A stretch of DNA of 61,329 nucleotides, filler included, from Hausera hauseri (taxonomy: Eukaryota), in NCBI GenBank assembly GCA_046269625.1. It is 12 parts of 12 records of this genome, joined end to end, with 100 filler letters (N's around TTAATTAATTAA, not from the genome) between each part and the next. Parts side by side here need not be neighbours in the genome. Positions count along the whole stretch, not along the records: positions 50,822 to 55,018 come from JBJURY010706881.1; positions 55,119 to 61,329 come from JBJURY010125317.1; 10 more parts are not named here. One strand, 5' to 3'. Position numbers and translations under genes: made by a program. This document shows, in pieces, positions 50,822-61,329 of this stretch; the stretch's first letter is position 1; every line of letters begins with the position of its first letter. Under the pieces are notes generated by a model. The model ran no database searches. It was not told the origin of the DNA and saw only the letters and a list, made by a program, of their open reading frames with translations.

Positions 50822-51552
50822 AATAGGTCAAACCTGAGACTGTGCAATAATGCTAAAAAGCTAGTTACATATGCTAGTAAGGCCCAGTTTAAAGAGAGCA
50901 TTATTATAGATAATGACTTGGTTGCTGTTCGTCTGGGTAAAGATATGGTCACCTTAGATAGATCTTCATACATTGGTCAGGCCGTACTTCATCTATCCAA
51001 TTTACGGATGTATGAGCTGAATTACATAGAGTTGGAGACATATAGGCACCAGTTTCAGTGTGAACTTAATATCGTTGCCGGTGACACAGACAGTTTTTTA
51101 TTGAATGCCGTGGTATTGATTTGAGATCGTAACTGTTACCAGCAATGATAGCTAATGAACAGCTAGATACATCGAACTATGACAAGAGTGATCAGCTATA
51201 CTCGACTTGCTTCGCAGTTGTAATTGGGAAATTTAAAGACGAAAGTAACGGCTGCGTTCAGTATGAAGAGGGGATTTTTCCACGGCTAAAATCTTATGCA
51301 CTGAAAACCCAAACCAAACCAGTCCTCAAATGTAAGGGCGTAAATCTCAAGCAGACAGACTTGCAGTTCAGTAACTACCTACAAGCATATGAAACCGGTT
51401 GTGAGACCATGGTGAACGAGGAGCAAATTGGCAGCAAAAATCACCATCTTATGACAATCAGTTCAAAGAAGAAAGCGTTGGATCCCTTTGACGACAAACG
51501 GCATTGGATTGAGAAAAACAGATCAGTTGCTTACGGACATTATTGTATTTAA
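50822..51552 (+). pseudogene. Maverick protein-primed PolB, C-terminal part
   Basis: YIGQAVL.LS..MY, DTDS, DTSNY, IGKFKDE, KSY, KCKGV, DDKR...YGHY*. Confidence 0.95.
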
Positions 51553-53383
51553 TTGTAAAAATTTCGATTTATTTGTATATGCTGTATTAATAAAAGTTTT
51601 AATCTGTATTATGTTGTTTCTGTTAGTTAGGCCTTTTAGTAAATACTTTCAATTTCTGTTATTTTCGACACTAGACACAGCATTATGTTTGAACCTACTA
51701 CTACATAATCACACATTAAGAAAACAATACACATATAAAGGTAATCGATGGGAGGAAAACATGAATGCATCTAAAAGCATTTGATCCCTAAGGTGGAAAT
51801 AGTGAAACCCTGTCTGCAGCAGAAATCCCTTTTGTTCAAAACCAAAATTTAAGTAAAGTGGGGTGGGAATAGTGAAACCACGATAAGCACAGGAAGCTAT
51901 TTTCCTATGGATGGGAATAGTGAAACCCAATCTGCCGCAGAAATCCTTTTGTTCAAAATTTAAAGAAACCGACAAATCACATTACACCAAAACCAAAATT
52001 AAGACAAAAATTTCTTTCACGCGAAATTCAAAATTTTAAACCCGACTTAAATCCATGCAGTTCTCGTGCTTGTGTGTATCCACTTTCTGATTGTGTGCCT
52101 CCAAACTCCGCCATATTAATTGTGTATTTGTGTAACGTTTTTTCTACCCCATGACTCATCCACGAACCACTTCATTTCTTCCTTCCCTGGGAGGGGAGTG
52201 GGTCTGTGCGCGTGTCCTCCCTTCCATCTACTATTTGACTAAATGTGTTTTGTTTACTTCATAATATTTTGACTAATTTTTGTTTTCTTTATGTTTTGTC
52301 GATGTAATATTTTGTAATTATGTTTTGTCAACATAATTTTTTTGATGTTTGCCGAAATATTCTATTACATCATATTACATGTGTGTGTCCTAATTTCTAC
52401 TGGCTATTATGGAGTATATAAGAACCAGTAAATATTTATTATTTCTTTCCAATGTCAAACATGCTGTGCTCCATATTCTATGGTAATTGTAGCACATTCA
52501 ATATCTGTATGGTAGGATATATCCATCATCACTGTGGTGCCACGGTCACCGGCGGCTCGGTCTCTCGTCCGGATGCTAGTTGTCAGTGTAATACTTCTGA
52601 TGTTAAGAAGCAACCGTTTCGTCCGAAATATCGATCTCAACCACTTTCCAGATGAAGAAGTTTCCACCACCATTTCTTATCAACATACACAGTACTTGCA
52701 TCCGTCTGTCAATGTTTGTGATGGCAAATTAATAGAAGGAAAATTAAGCAAGTAATGATAAAGGAATAATGAATAAAGTTGAAAGAATTTTGAATGCGTA
52801 CGGTTCATCAGTCACTGATTTACAAATATGAATTTATCCAGAGTTTAAAGAATTAACTGTGTCATCTCATACTTCTTCAATATTCCCTCCTTTAAAGTGA
52901 GAAGAATGGATTACGTCATTTCACATTTCTTCAATATTCCCTCCTTCAAAGGGAGATAATGAATAATATGATAACAATCGAAAACATTATTATCGCACAG
53001 ATTTTCCTTTTAAAATGTAGAATTGGACCTTGGATTCACTTATATTCAATTTCAAAACTGTTGAAAATACATTAGATGCTGTGAAATCAAAAGCTTTTAG
53101 GTATAAATGTCAAATCAATGTAGACACTGATGAAGTAAAATATGTGTACAGAAATATCCGATTGAAATTATATAAAGACAAAATCTGATTTCATTAAATT
53201 TTGAATGTTGTACAGAGAAATCTTTATTGGCAGAGATAAGTCGCTTTCGTTAAAAATATTGACAGATCAATAAGTGTTATTGAAAATGATTAATGTTTGT
53301 TGATTGAAGAATTTTAAATTTAAACAGAAATATAATACATTTTGTTCTTCAAGACTGGATTTATCTTGAATTTTTAACTGATT

Positions 53384-54127
53384 ATGAATACATTTAACCG
53401 TCCATCTTTGTTATTTCAACTGGAACCAAACTGGTGTCAGAATTCACACAATGACATTACCGATGATAATACTAAAAATCCTGATGAACAATGTCAGAAA
53501 GTTTACGAATGGCCGGAACAAATGCCGACACAAACAAATGTCGAAGACTTATCATACAATTGGCAAACCACCAAAACCATTATCAAAAGTCGTATATCCA
53601 TTATGTTTAATAATCAAGCTCTAGCTGATGTTTATTTACTTGTTGGTCGAACTCCAAATGTGCAAAAATTTCCATCTCATCAGTTTATATCAGCTATAAG
53701 TAGCGTAGTTTTTGATGCCATGTTGAAATTCATTTACACTGATGAAATTCATCTCGGACCGGATACGGTGATGACAACTCTATATGCTGCCAAGAAATAC
53801 TCCATTTCAGCATTGGAGAAGGCTTGCGTTGATTATTTGAAAAGGAATTTGTGCAGTGAAAATGCATTTATGCTATTAACGCAAGCAAAAATCATCACTG
53901 TTCATTTCCCGTCATTCGTTGACAACGTTCGAGCCATTTCCGAGATTAATAATACCAGTTCGACTGCAGATGAAATGACAGAAACCAAAACTACTACCGA
54001 TGTTGAAGATGAGAGCTGTGACAGTTTTAAACATAACAATTTAGAAGTGCACAAAATCGTTTCAAAGCAATTTGTATATAAATCTTCAGAACATGAAGAC
54101 AGTATAGACACTCTTGATGGACGATAA
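53384..54127 (+). CDS. BTBD1/2: BTBD1/2-derived chimeric ORF with internally deleted BTB domain
   Basis: YNWQTTK...FNN..LADV...VFDAM|LKFIYTDEI.LGPDTVMTTLYAAKKY...NAFMLLTQA. About 25 aa are missing after FDAM, and the sequence after LLTQAK is unrelated. Confidence 0.8.
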   Translation: MNTFNRPSLLFQLEPNWCQNSHNDITDDNTKNPDEQCQKVYEWPEQMPTQTNVEDLSYNWQTTKTIIKSRISIMFNNQALADVYLLVGRTPNVQKFPSHQFISAISSVVFDAMLKFIYTDEIHLGPDTVMTTLYAAKKYSISALEKACVDYLKRNLCSENAFMLLTQAKIITVHFPSFVDNVRAISEINNTSSTADEMTETKTTTDVEDESCDSFKHNNLEVHKIVSKQFVYKSSEHEDSIDTLDGR

Positions 54128-55018
54128 TAAAATAGTGGAAAATTATGGCGAATTTGTTGAATTTTTTGTTAATTTGGTTTTTAAGCCCAATCTCGAAAAT
54201 TTAGTTATTTCACAAGAAGCGTATAATGTTATGTTTTATTTATTAAGCGACATTTTTGTCTTACCTAGCCCATATAGTGTAAAGACGCATCCCGAATGTA
54301 GTATTTGTCGACCAGCACTGAATAATGTCGACGAACAATTGATTTTGGACTTATTGAATAAATCGTCAATTGATAAAACTTTATTGGCGAGGAAAACCGA
54401 TGTAGATTGGGAGCAATATTTCCGGTTCAGTTACAATGTTGGAATGCGTTACTGTCAGTAACAAACAACTTCGTTTCACACCGTTGTTTGTGGATTTTCG
54501 TAAATTGTTTTTATCGGACTCCGAAATTGCTCAATTTAATGACATTATCTTGCTGAACTCTGAAACTATTTTAAAGTGTTTAAATCTCCACAATCAATCT
54601 ATTAAACAATTTTCATTTGTTTATTTGGATATTTTACGAGTAACAAATAATGCTACGAACGAATTCAATAAAATTGCAAAGTCAATTCTCATTCTACTTT
54701 TCGAACTCAATCCGACACCTGAGTTTATAAAATGTATTACTGGATTTTGTAATACCAAAGATGTATCACAAATCTTTAAAAATGTTGTGATCAGGAGGAA
54801 ATTGGATGTTGATGCATTAAGAATCGTTATATGCGTTCTGCGATGTGCCAAACTGACAAAGTGTAACAAAGTATATTTATTAAATTTAAAACAAGACGAA
54901 AATGCCATCTACTCAATAAATGAAACCCAACGACAAGGTAATTTGCTTGTAAAAAAAATCAATATCAATATGTATATAAAAAATTTTCTGACGCAACTTG
55001 TTTATCAAAAAAGTTCCC
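54114..55018 (+). CDS. Two overlapping unassigned ORFs (54114-54461 and 54436 to contig end), possibly one frameshifted gene
   Basis: Continuous coding-like sequence following the BTB ORF; no family recognised. Confidence 0.35.
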
Positions 55019-55118
55019 NNNNNNNNNNNNNNNNNNNNNNNNNNNNNNNNNNNNNNNNNNNNTTAATTAATTAANNNNNNNNNNNNNNNNNNNNNNNNNN
55101 NNNNNNNNNNNNNNNNNN

Positions 55119-55720
55119 GTAGAAGATTTCTTTTTATAGTTTCCGCGTCTCGTTTGTCACTGAGGCATATTTCTCTTCTCATCTCTCTATTGTTACAACA
55201 TTGAACAATAGTTCCTCTTTCAGAGCCTCGCGTGAAAAATTGTGCTTCATGACTTTATCCAAAAATTTCTCGATTGCCTCGAAGTAAGCCTTCGGTTCCG
55301 ATCCATTGATTTTGTACTCGAGTACTTCTTTCATATCTTCACACAGGGTTGAGGATCGGGTGAAAGCCTTCCGTAGTCTGTTTTGATATCCAGTTATCTT
55401 CGCATCTACTGCCTCGTATCTTTCTCTTGTGCTTCTTCCTCCAAGAGGCATTCAACCATGATTTCCCGCTTCGCAGCCGGTGTGTTCATATATATGAAGA
55501 ATTTTTCAAATGCTTTAATGAACTTCTCCACGTCGTCTCCTTTCCTGAATTTGTTGGGCAACAATTGATTCGCGAAAATGTCCATTGTGGCTAGAGTCGC
55601 TATGTTGGCAGCGTGCGAATCCACGCCGTCCACGTCATCGCCCAGTTTGGGTGGGGTTGGAAAATCCCCACCCCCTGGTATGTCTGCTGAATCAAAATAG
55701 GATCGTTTGAAATTACTCAT
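55119..55720 (-). mobile_element. LTR retrotransposon gag remnant (distinct from the Ubl-gag family)
   Basis: LPNKFRKGDDVEKFIKAFEKFF...LLEEEAQERYE fits the gag PxxFxGxxDxxxFxxxFE pattern; one frameshift. Confidence 0.6.
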
Positions 55721-56049
55721 TAAAAAGTAAACACCAGTTGTAGAAAAATTTTATTGTAATCCAAAATACTTATTTGGAAACAAAAATTCTAAATTCAAAT
55801 CTTACTTTTAATCAAATTACACTTTTAAATTAAATTTTTTAAAATTTAAAATGTTTCTAATTTAAATTTAGAATTTCTGTTCTCGATTATATCCTCACAC
55901 ATCATTTCTGTTGTAGATATGTCTGTGCCTTTGTTTGAGGCGTTTAATGGATGTGTTTATGCATGACTTAGACAGTACATATATAAACTTCCGCAGTAAG
56001 TGCTAGATTAACAGCTTTTTGTTTGCCAGTTTTATCTCTTCGCTACACA

Positions 56050-57030
56050 ATGCCTCAACCTCAATAAGCACCAGCTGTTCGAAAGCGGATTATTGCACTA
56101 AGCACCCACACCACCAAATCACACTACCAAATTGCTCGAGATCTTAGTTTAACAAACAATTCTGTTTTCAGAATCATCAAACTCTACAAAGAAGTAGGTT
56201 CCACCGCTCCTGGTCTTCATTCAGGTAGACCCAGGTCATCACACCAACCACCGACAGGGTATTCTGTCGTGAAGTGGTACGCAAGCCGTTTATATCTGCT
56301 ACTAAACTGAAGCGTGCCCTCATTCATCTTCTGGATAGAGTTTCTATTAGGACGGTGCAACATTGACTGCAGAAGATGAGCATGCCTTCCCTTAAACCAG
56401 CCAAAAAGCCCCTCATCATTGCAAAGATGTGGCAGAGTCGCCTTCATTTCTGCCGCGAACATCAGCACTAAACAGTTAATGACTAAAAGAAGGTGCTCTT
56501 CAGTGACGAAAGCACTTTCAAGCAACAGGATTGCCTTCCCAAACTCATTGGCTGGACTCCAGGTGCATCTCCACTCGATCTTCGGTATACTGGCAAGACT
56601 GTCAAGCACTCTCCGAGAGTCATGGTGTGGGGATGCTTTGAGTCTCAAGGAGGAGGCGCTCTCATTTCTGGAAAAAGGTAAAAAAAATGAACAACGAGAC
56701 CTACATCGCCATCCTGGAAAGAAAGTTAAACATATCCATGCAGGTGCGGGGTTATAAGACAAAGCACCTTGCCACACCTAAAAACGAACCATGGACTGGT
56801 TTAGAGACAACGGCGTGACGGTACTGTCCTGGCCTGGCAGCAGCCTTGACCTCAACCCTATCGAAAACCTGTGGTCGCAGGTCAAAGTCAAAATTGACTA
56901 CAAGTGCAAGTTTCTTGAGGCGCTCAGACAGGAAGCAAGGCGGGTGTGGTCTCGGGAAACCAGTCTGGAGGAATGTACAAGGATGGTGGAGCTCATCGAG
57001 GATATCGCATCAAATACTAGATGGCTGATG
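56050..57030 (+). mobile_element. Tc1-like transposase remnant
   Basis: SGRPR, KPAKKP, VLFSDESTF, VMVWGCF, DKAPCH, WPGSSLDLNPIENLW, with stops and frameshifts. Confidence 0.93.
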
Positions 57031-57789
57031 CGTTTTTATGATTATACAAGCACTGTACATACATATTTTCATGTAAAAACACATTTTCTGCTAAAGTGAA
57101 TGTGAAAACTGTGAACCAAAGAAGTCAGAAAGCAAAAAGTCAAATATTATTAAATTTGATAAAAGAAACTATCGAAGAAAAGGAAAACACTGCCAAATGA
57201 TACTAATGTCAATAAGACGGCAAAGCAAATAATCAACCAATGATACCTAAATCTTAAAGTGCTCCCGCAAAAGCCGTTTCGTATCACTAGGATTTTGTAC
57301 AGAAAAAGACGTCGTTAATGGATCATGAAAGATTTCATAGTCATTTCCTCCCTGGATCCAAAAAATAGACTATGGGCAATTTAATACAACTACTTCAAAC
57401 GTCTTATCCCCATAAAAACGAATACTTTCAAATTCATCTTTGATATGTCGTAAACAATACGTTTTATTCCATCCGACGGGAAATACGTCAAAACTAATCT
57501 GACCACCTGATAAAACCACCGACATTTCTTTTACCAAAATCAAATAAAATTATTTACCAACGGCAAATGACAATCCGAGATGTCCGAATGTTTCTTTTAA
57601 ATGATCGATCATCGTTTTACGAATATGATTTTTCTGAATGAAAATCGTTTTTCCACAAATTGCAAAAACTGAAACGGAAATCTAGCTCCAAAATACTATC
57701 CTGTCGACAGTAAACCATCGTATTTTCCAAGTCAAACCTCACGTGGTGTGGCTAAGATCTCGCGAAAAAAGTTTGTGGAATTGAAAGAG

Positions 57790-57900
57790 GGCATTTGATT
57801 CGAGATTTTTAGTCCCAGATACGAAAATGAAAGTGGGCTGGGGTTCTGTATGTCTCGCAGACCGCATTGGCGACTGTGGAGTTTGAGTGTTTGGTTAATA
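57790..57900 (-). mobile_element. Possible Gypsy RNase H C-terminal fragment
   Basis: PTFIFVSGTKNLESNAL resembles YxxGxxNxxADALSR. Confidence 0.35.
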
Positions 57901-58149
57901 CAGATCGATAGATCTTGTCAAGGCGAATTGAACGATACGTGGCATTTTGGGTTTGGTTACTGTTAGAAAGCTGGGATGAGGGAAGCCATTAAAAAAGTTG
58001 AAAAACTATAGTAAAATAATGTTCAAAACCATTAATGGCTCTTGTATGTTCAGTGGCATTCACAGGCCTTGTAGGTTCAGGATAATTTTCTGTCCTTATG
58101 AGCCGACGACCGTCATCTGCACCTGGAGGTTGATAAATATTCTGAGCTC

Positions 58150-58290
58150 TCATAAACTGTTTACGTGTATTACTGTATGTGTGGTAATGTGCCTGTTGTT
58201 AAAAAAGAAAAGGAGATAAGAGGAGGTGGTATGTCCGGGGGCATGTCATGGGGCGGCAACGAACAGCGCCGTCTGACCCAATGGTGCAGA
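58150..58290 (-). repeat. 5' fragment of the Ubl-gag element
   Basis: Nearly identical to 59600-59703 and similar to 60530-60650. Confidence 0.85.
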
Positions 58291-58796
58291 GAGATCGAGT
58301 GAGGAGGGAGATCGGGGCGCGACTATTCGCCCGACGCGGAGTCGGCGGACGTCCGGCCGTGTCCAACCAAATGGGCCAAAGGGCACCTGCCGCTGTGGGT
58401 ACCCCATCGATTATACTTTGATCATTAAATACAATCATAATAGATTATTTGAATCAGTGGGTCATGATTAGTAAATTTGGCAAAATATTTTTACAAAAGA
58501 TTGTTATTTTAATTTTCGATATATTGTTTTGTTGATGTTCTGCCGAAATAAAAGTATCCATCGAATACAGTTCGTGTTTATTACATTCTTGAAAAAATCT
58601 CCGAATAGGACATAAACGGTGTAGTTGCGACATCTGATATTTTGTGAAAAATCCATTTATATTAACTAATAAAATTTTCTATCATAAAATCCCGATTATC
58701 GTCTCTGAGAATATATCCATAAATGAAAAATCAGTTGAACGAAAATTTCCAAAATGGAGATGACGTTTCTGTACTTCACAAATTAAAATTCAAGAT

Positions 58797-59703
58797 GCAA
58801 TGTGTTGTTGGTCTGTTGTTAATGCCGCAGAGCTAGTGCTGTGTGTGAGTGCAGTACTTCATATGCTTAGTCCGCCAGTTCGGCTAGCTTGTCCAGAGCC
58901 GTGGAGTCTTCGACCACGGTAAGCAAAGCTCTTATTTGAAGGGGCAATGCATTTAAAAGTAGCGACGAATAAGTTCTGGACTATACTCAGATGTTACGCC
59001 AAGGGTGTTGAGGTGAGACAAGGATGAGTGTAAGAATTCAGAAGGCTTCTGAAGGTCCATGGCGTTATCGTTGAAGAACCTTTGAATAATTGAATCGATT
59101 GAAGGTTCAGTAAGCTTGAGAACGGCATTGTAAAGTTGAGTATATGGGTCGGTGTGATGAAGGATATCGATGATATTGGTAATTTTAGTTTTGATGGAAG
59201 CTGGTAAATGGAAAAAGAGGCTGTTGGCTTTGGATAGAGTCGACGACGTTTTGTGATTGGAGACAGAATTGGTGCAGTTTTAGCCAAGTTTGAGTAGAGT
59301 TTTGGCTGTCGAGGAAGTATTCGGTGTGGGGTGAATGAGTGAGGAGGGTGTTTTGTGTAGAATTGTTTGAAGCAGTTTGGGAAAGTGAATGATAGAAATC
59401 TGTGGTTTGGTGAGTTTGTCCGTGTTATCAATTGTGGGTGATGAATGCATGCCACCACGGATACGGAAGTGAATGTGAAGACAGATGTGGGTTTAGGAAC
59501 ATTGTAGAGTTCCAGCGAGGGGTATTAGATATCCATTATGTGTGATATAGAAGTTAGAGGAGTGAAGAGAAGTGGAGATGATTTTATTGATGGTAGCTGT
59601 GTTTACATGTATTACTGTATGTGTGCTAATGTGCCTGTTGTTAAAAAAGAAAAGGAGATAAGAGGAGGTGGTATGTCCGGGGGCATGTCATGGGGCGGCA
59701 ACG
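58797..59703 (-). mobile_element. Ubiquitin-like + Gypsy gag element, copy B
   Basis: SNFYITHNGYLIP...CLHIHFRIRGG|M (RIRGGM at 59448-59465), then TWLKLHQF...DPYTQLYNAVL...KPSEFL...ALPLQIR...LDKLAELAD. Confidence 0.8.
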
Positions 59704-59803
59704 NNNNNNNNNNNNNNNNNNNNNNNNNNNNNNNNNNNNNNNNNNNNNNNNNNNNNNNNNNNNNNNNNNNNNNNNNNNNNNNNNNNNNNNNNNNNNNNNN
59801 NNN

Positions 59804-60715
59804 GGCTAGCTTGTCCAGAGCCGTGGAGTCTTCGACCACGGTAAGCAAAGCTCTTATTTGAAGGGGCAATGCATTTAAAAAATAGCGACGTATAAGTTCT
59901 GGACTATGCTCAAATGTTACGCCAAGGGCGTTGAGGTGAGACAAGGATGTGCGTAAAAATTCAGAAGGCTTCTGAAGGCCCATGGCGTTATCTTTGAAGA
60001 ACCTTTGAATGATTGAATCGATTGAAGGCCAAGTGAGCTTGAGAACGGCATTGTAAAGTTGAGCATGTGTCGGTGTGATGAAGGATATCTATGATATTGG
60101 TAATTTTAGTTTTGATGGAAGCTGGTAAATAAAAAAAGTCTGTTGGCTTTGGATAAAGAGTCGACGACGTTTTGTGATTAGAACCAGAACTGATGCAGTT
60201 TTAGCCAAGTTTTAGTAGAGTTTTGGCTGTCGCGGAAGTATTCTGTGCAAGGTGAATGAGTGGGAGTGTGTGTTGTGTAAAAGTGTTTGAAGCACTTTGT
60301 TTCGGTAAGTAAGTGATAGAGATCTGTGGTTTGGTGGGTTTGTCCGTGGTATCAATTGTGTGTGATAAATCCATGCCACCACGGATACGGTAGTGAATGT
60401 GAAGGCAGACACAAGTTGTAGCAGGTTGGAAAAGTCCAGCGAATGGCGCTACGGATTCATTGTGTGAGATAAAAGTTAGAGGAGTGAAGTCAGATAGAGG
60501 TGAAGTTGTAAATAGCCGCAATGTGTAAGTGTAATACTGTATATGTATAAATGTGTTTGTAATTTAAAGAAAGGAAAATGAAGTACAGAGGTGCTATGTA
60601 AGGGGGCATGTTGTGGGGCGGCAACGAAAGGTGCCGTCTGACCCAATGGCGCAGGGTGGGCGGCCGGGACCTCAGCCTAGCTGCGGCGGGTCTCAAATTT
60701 CGGGGTAACCGAGTG
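59804..60715 (-). mobile_element. Ubiquitin-like + Gypsy gag element, copy C
   Basis: MPPYIAPLYFIFLSLNYKHIYTYTVLH...CLHIHYRIRGG|M (RIRGGM at 60372-60389), then MGLQKPSEFLR...FLNALPLQIRALL. Confidence 0.8.
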
Positions 60716-60759
60716 CTTCTCTTGCGGTATGATGAAATGCACCGGTGACGGAGTAACAA

Positions 60760-61329
60760 GTGGAGATGGATCACATTCTATATGCAGCATTTTTTTGCAT
60801 TTACAACAACGACAGCTAGGCCATTTGCAGGTACTATTGCCATGGTAATGATGCAGCAACGCCAGGCGCGGTCACATACGGAAGAAATAGAGTGACCTCT
60901 TCGCCGGGTTTGAGCACAACAGTCATATAACGTGTAGTTATTATGCCTACAGAAATTTGAGTCAGCAACTGAAACTGTAGAAACGTTTGGTTTTGGCGAG
61001 AAACCACAATCGTTACAGACACAAAGTGAATCACATTTCCATTCATTTTTAGGAATTGCAGCCATTGGAGGTTGTAAACGACATGTGTGAAAACCTTTGT
61101 CGCATATATCACATATGAGCATTTTTCCTCATATTTGCTTTCGCTGCATACAAGGCAAGTTTTACATTCGGCACACTGCCACTCAGCACACACAGTAGGG
61201 TTGATTATGAGTGGTGGTTCAAGACAGTTACTGTATTAGTGTTGATCACAGCTTGTACAATAAATAAGATCATTAATGTCTCCTTTTCGCTCACATAAAG
61301 AACACATACAATGTTCATTTGAAGAATCC
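60760..61329 (-). pseudogene. KMT2C/D: KMT2C/KMT2D (MLL3/4, Lpt-like) PHD-finger cluster
   Basis: CTSCDQH*YSNCL...WQCAECKTC..C...KMLICDICDKGFHT..LQP..WKC...CNDCG...CKKMLHIECD follows the MLL3 PHD motif order. One stop, frameshifts, no introns. Confidence 0.82.

Noticed and set aside
44020-51552. One contiguous Maverick made of PolB, capsid module and PolB end
   Set aside because: The parts lie on three different contigs separated by artificial spacers and in inconsistent orientations.
51790-52235. Maverick terminal inverted repeat after PolB
   Set aside because: Short repeats and a CTACTA end are suggestive, but there is no partner terminus in the contig.

Overview
This window is not one locus. 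It is 12 unplaced contigs of an AT-rich, probably invertebrate animal genome, joined by artificial 100-bp spacers (44 N + TTAATTAATTAA + 44 N) at 6459, 13787, 18419, 22787, 27501, 31646, 36742, 40804, 46536, 50722 and 55019, so adjacency across spacers is meaningless. Most recognisable content is decayed mobile DNA. There are at least two Maverick/Polinton (adintovirus-like) families (integrase, penton, pX-like, hexon, adenain, protein-primed PolB), Gypsy-type gag remnants, a Tc1 transposase, RTE LINE fragments and tandem repeats. Disabled copies of host genes are also present (SETDB1/eggless Tudor, KMT2C/D PHD cluster, BTBD1/2 BTB). Four things stand out. (1) A three-unit array of short GC-rich genes at 11.4-13.6 kb, each with its own TATA/Inr promoter, PPxY motifs (plus a cyclin-docking-like RxL motif in two), a shared C-terminal motif and a covarying 23-28 bp 3' hairpin. 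(2) A repeat family in which a ubiquitin-like domain ending in RIRGG is fused to a Gypsy gag capsid domain. (3) A 3,885-bp contig whose ends overlap exactly and which carries an intact three-exon gene for a tail-anchored repeat protein. (4) An unassigned intronless ~655-codon frame that may be an endogenous viral element. All homology calls are by-eye motif recognition; no searches were run.
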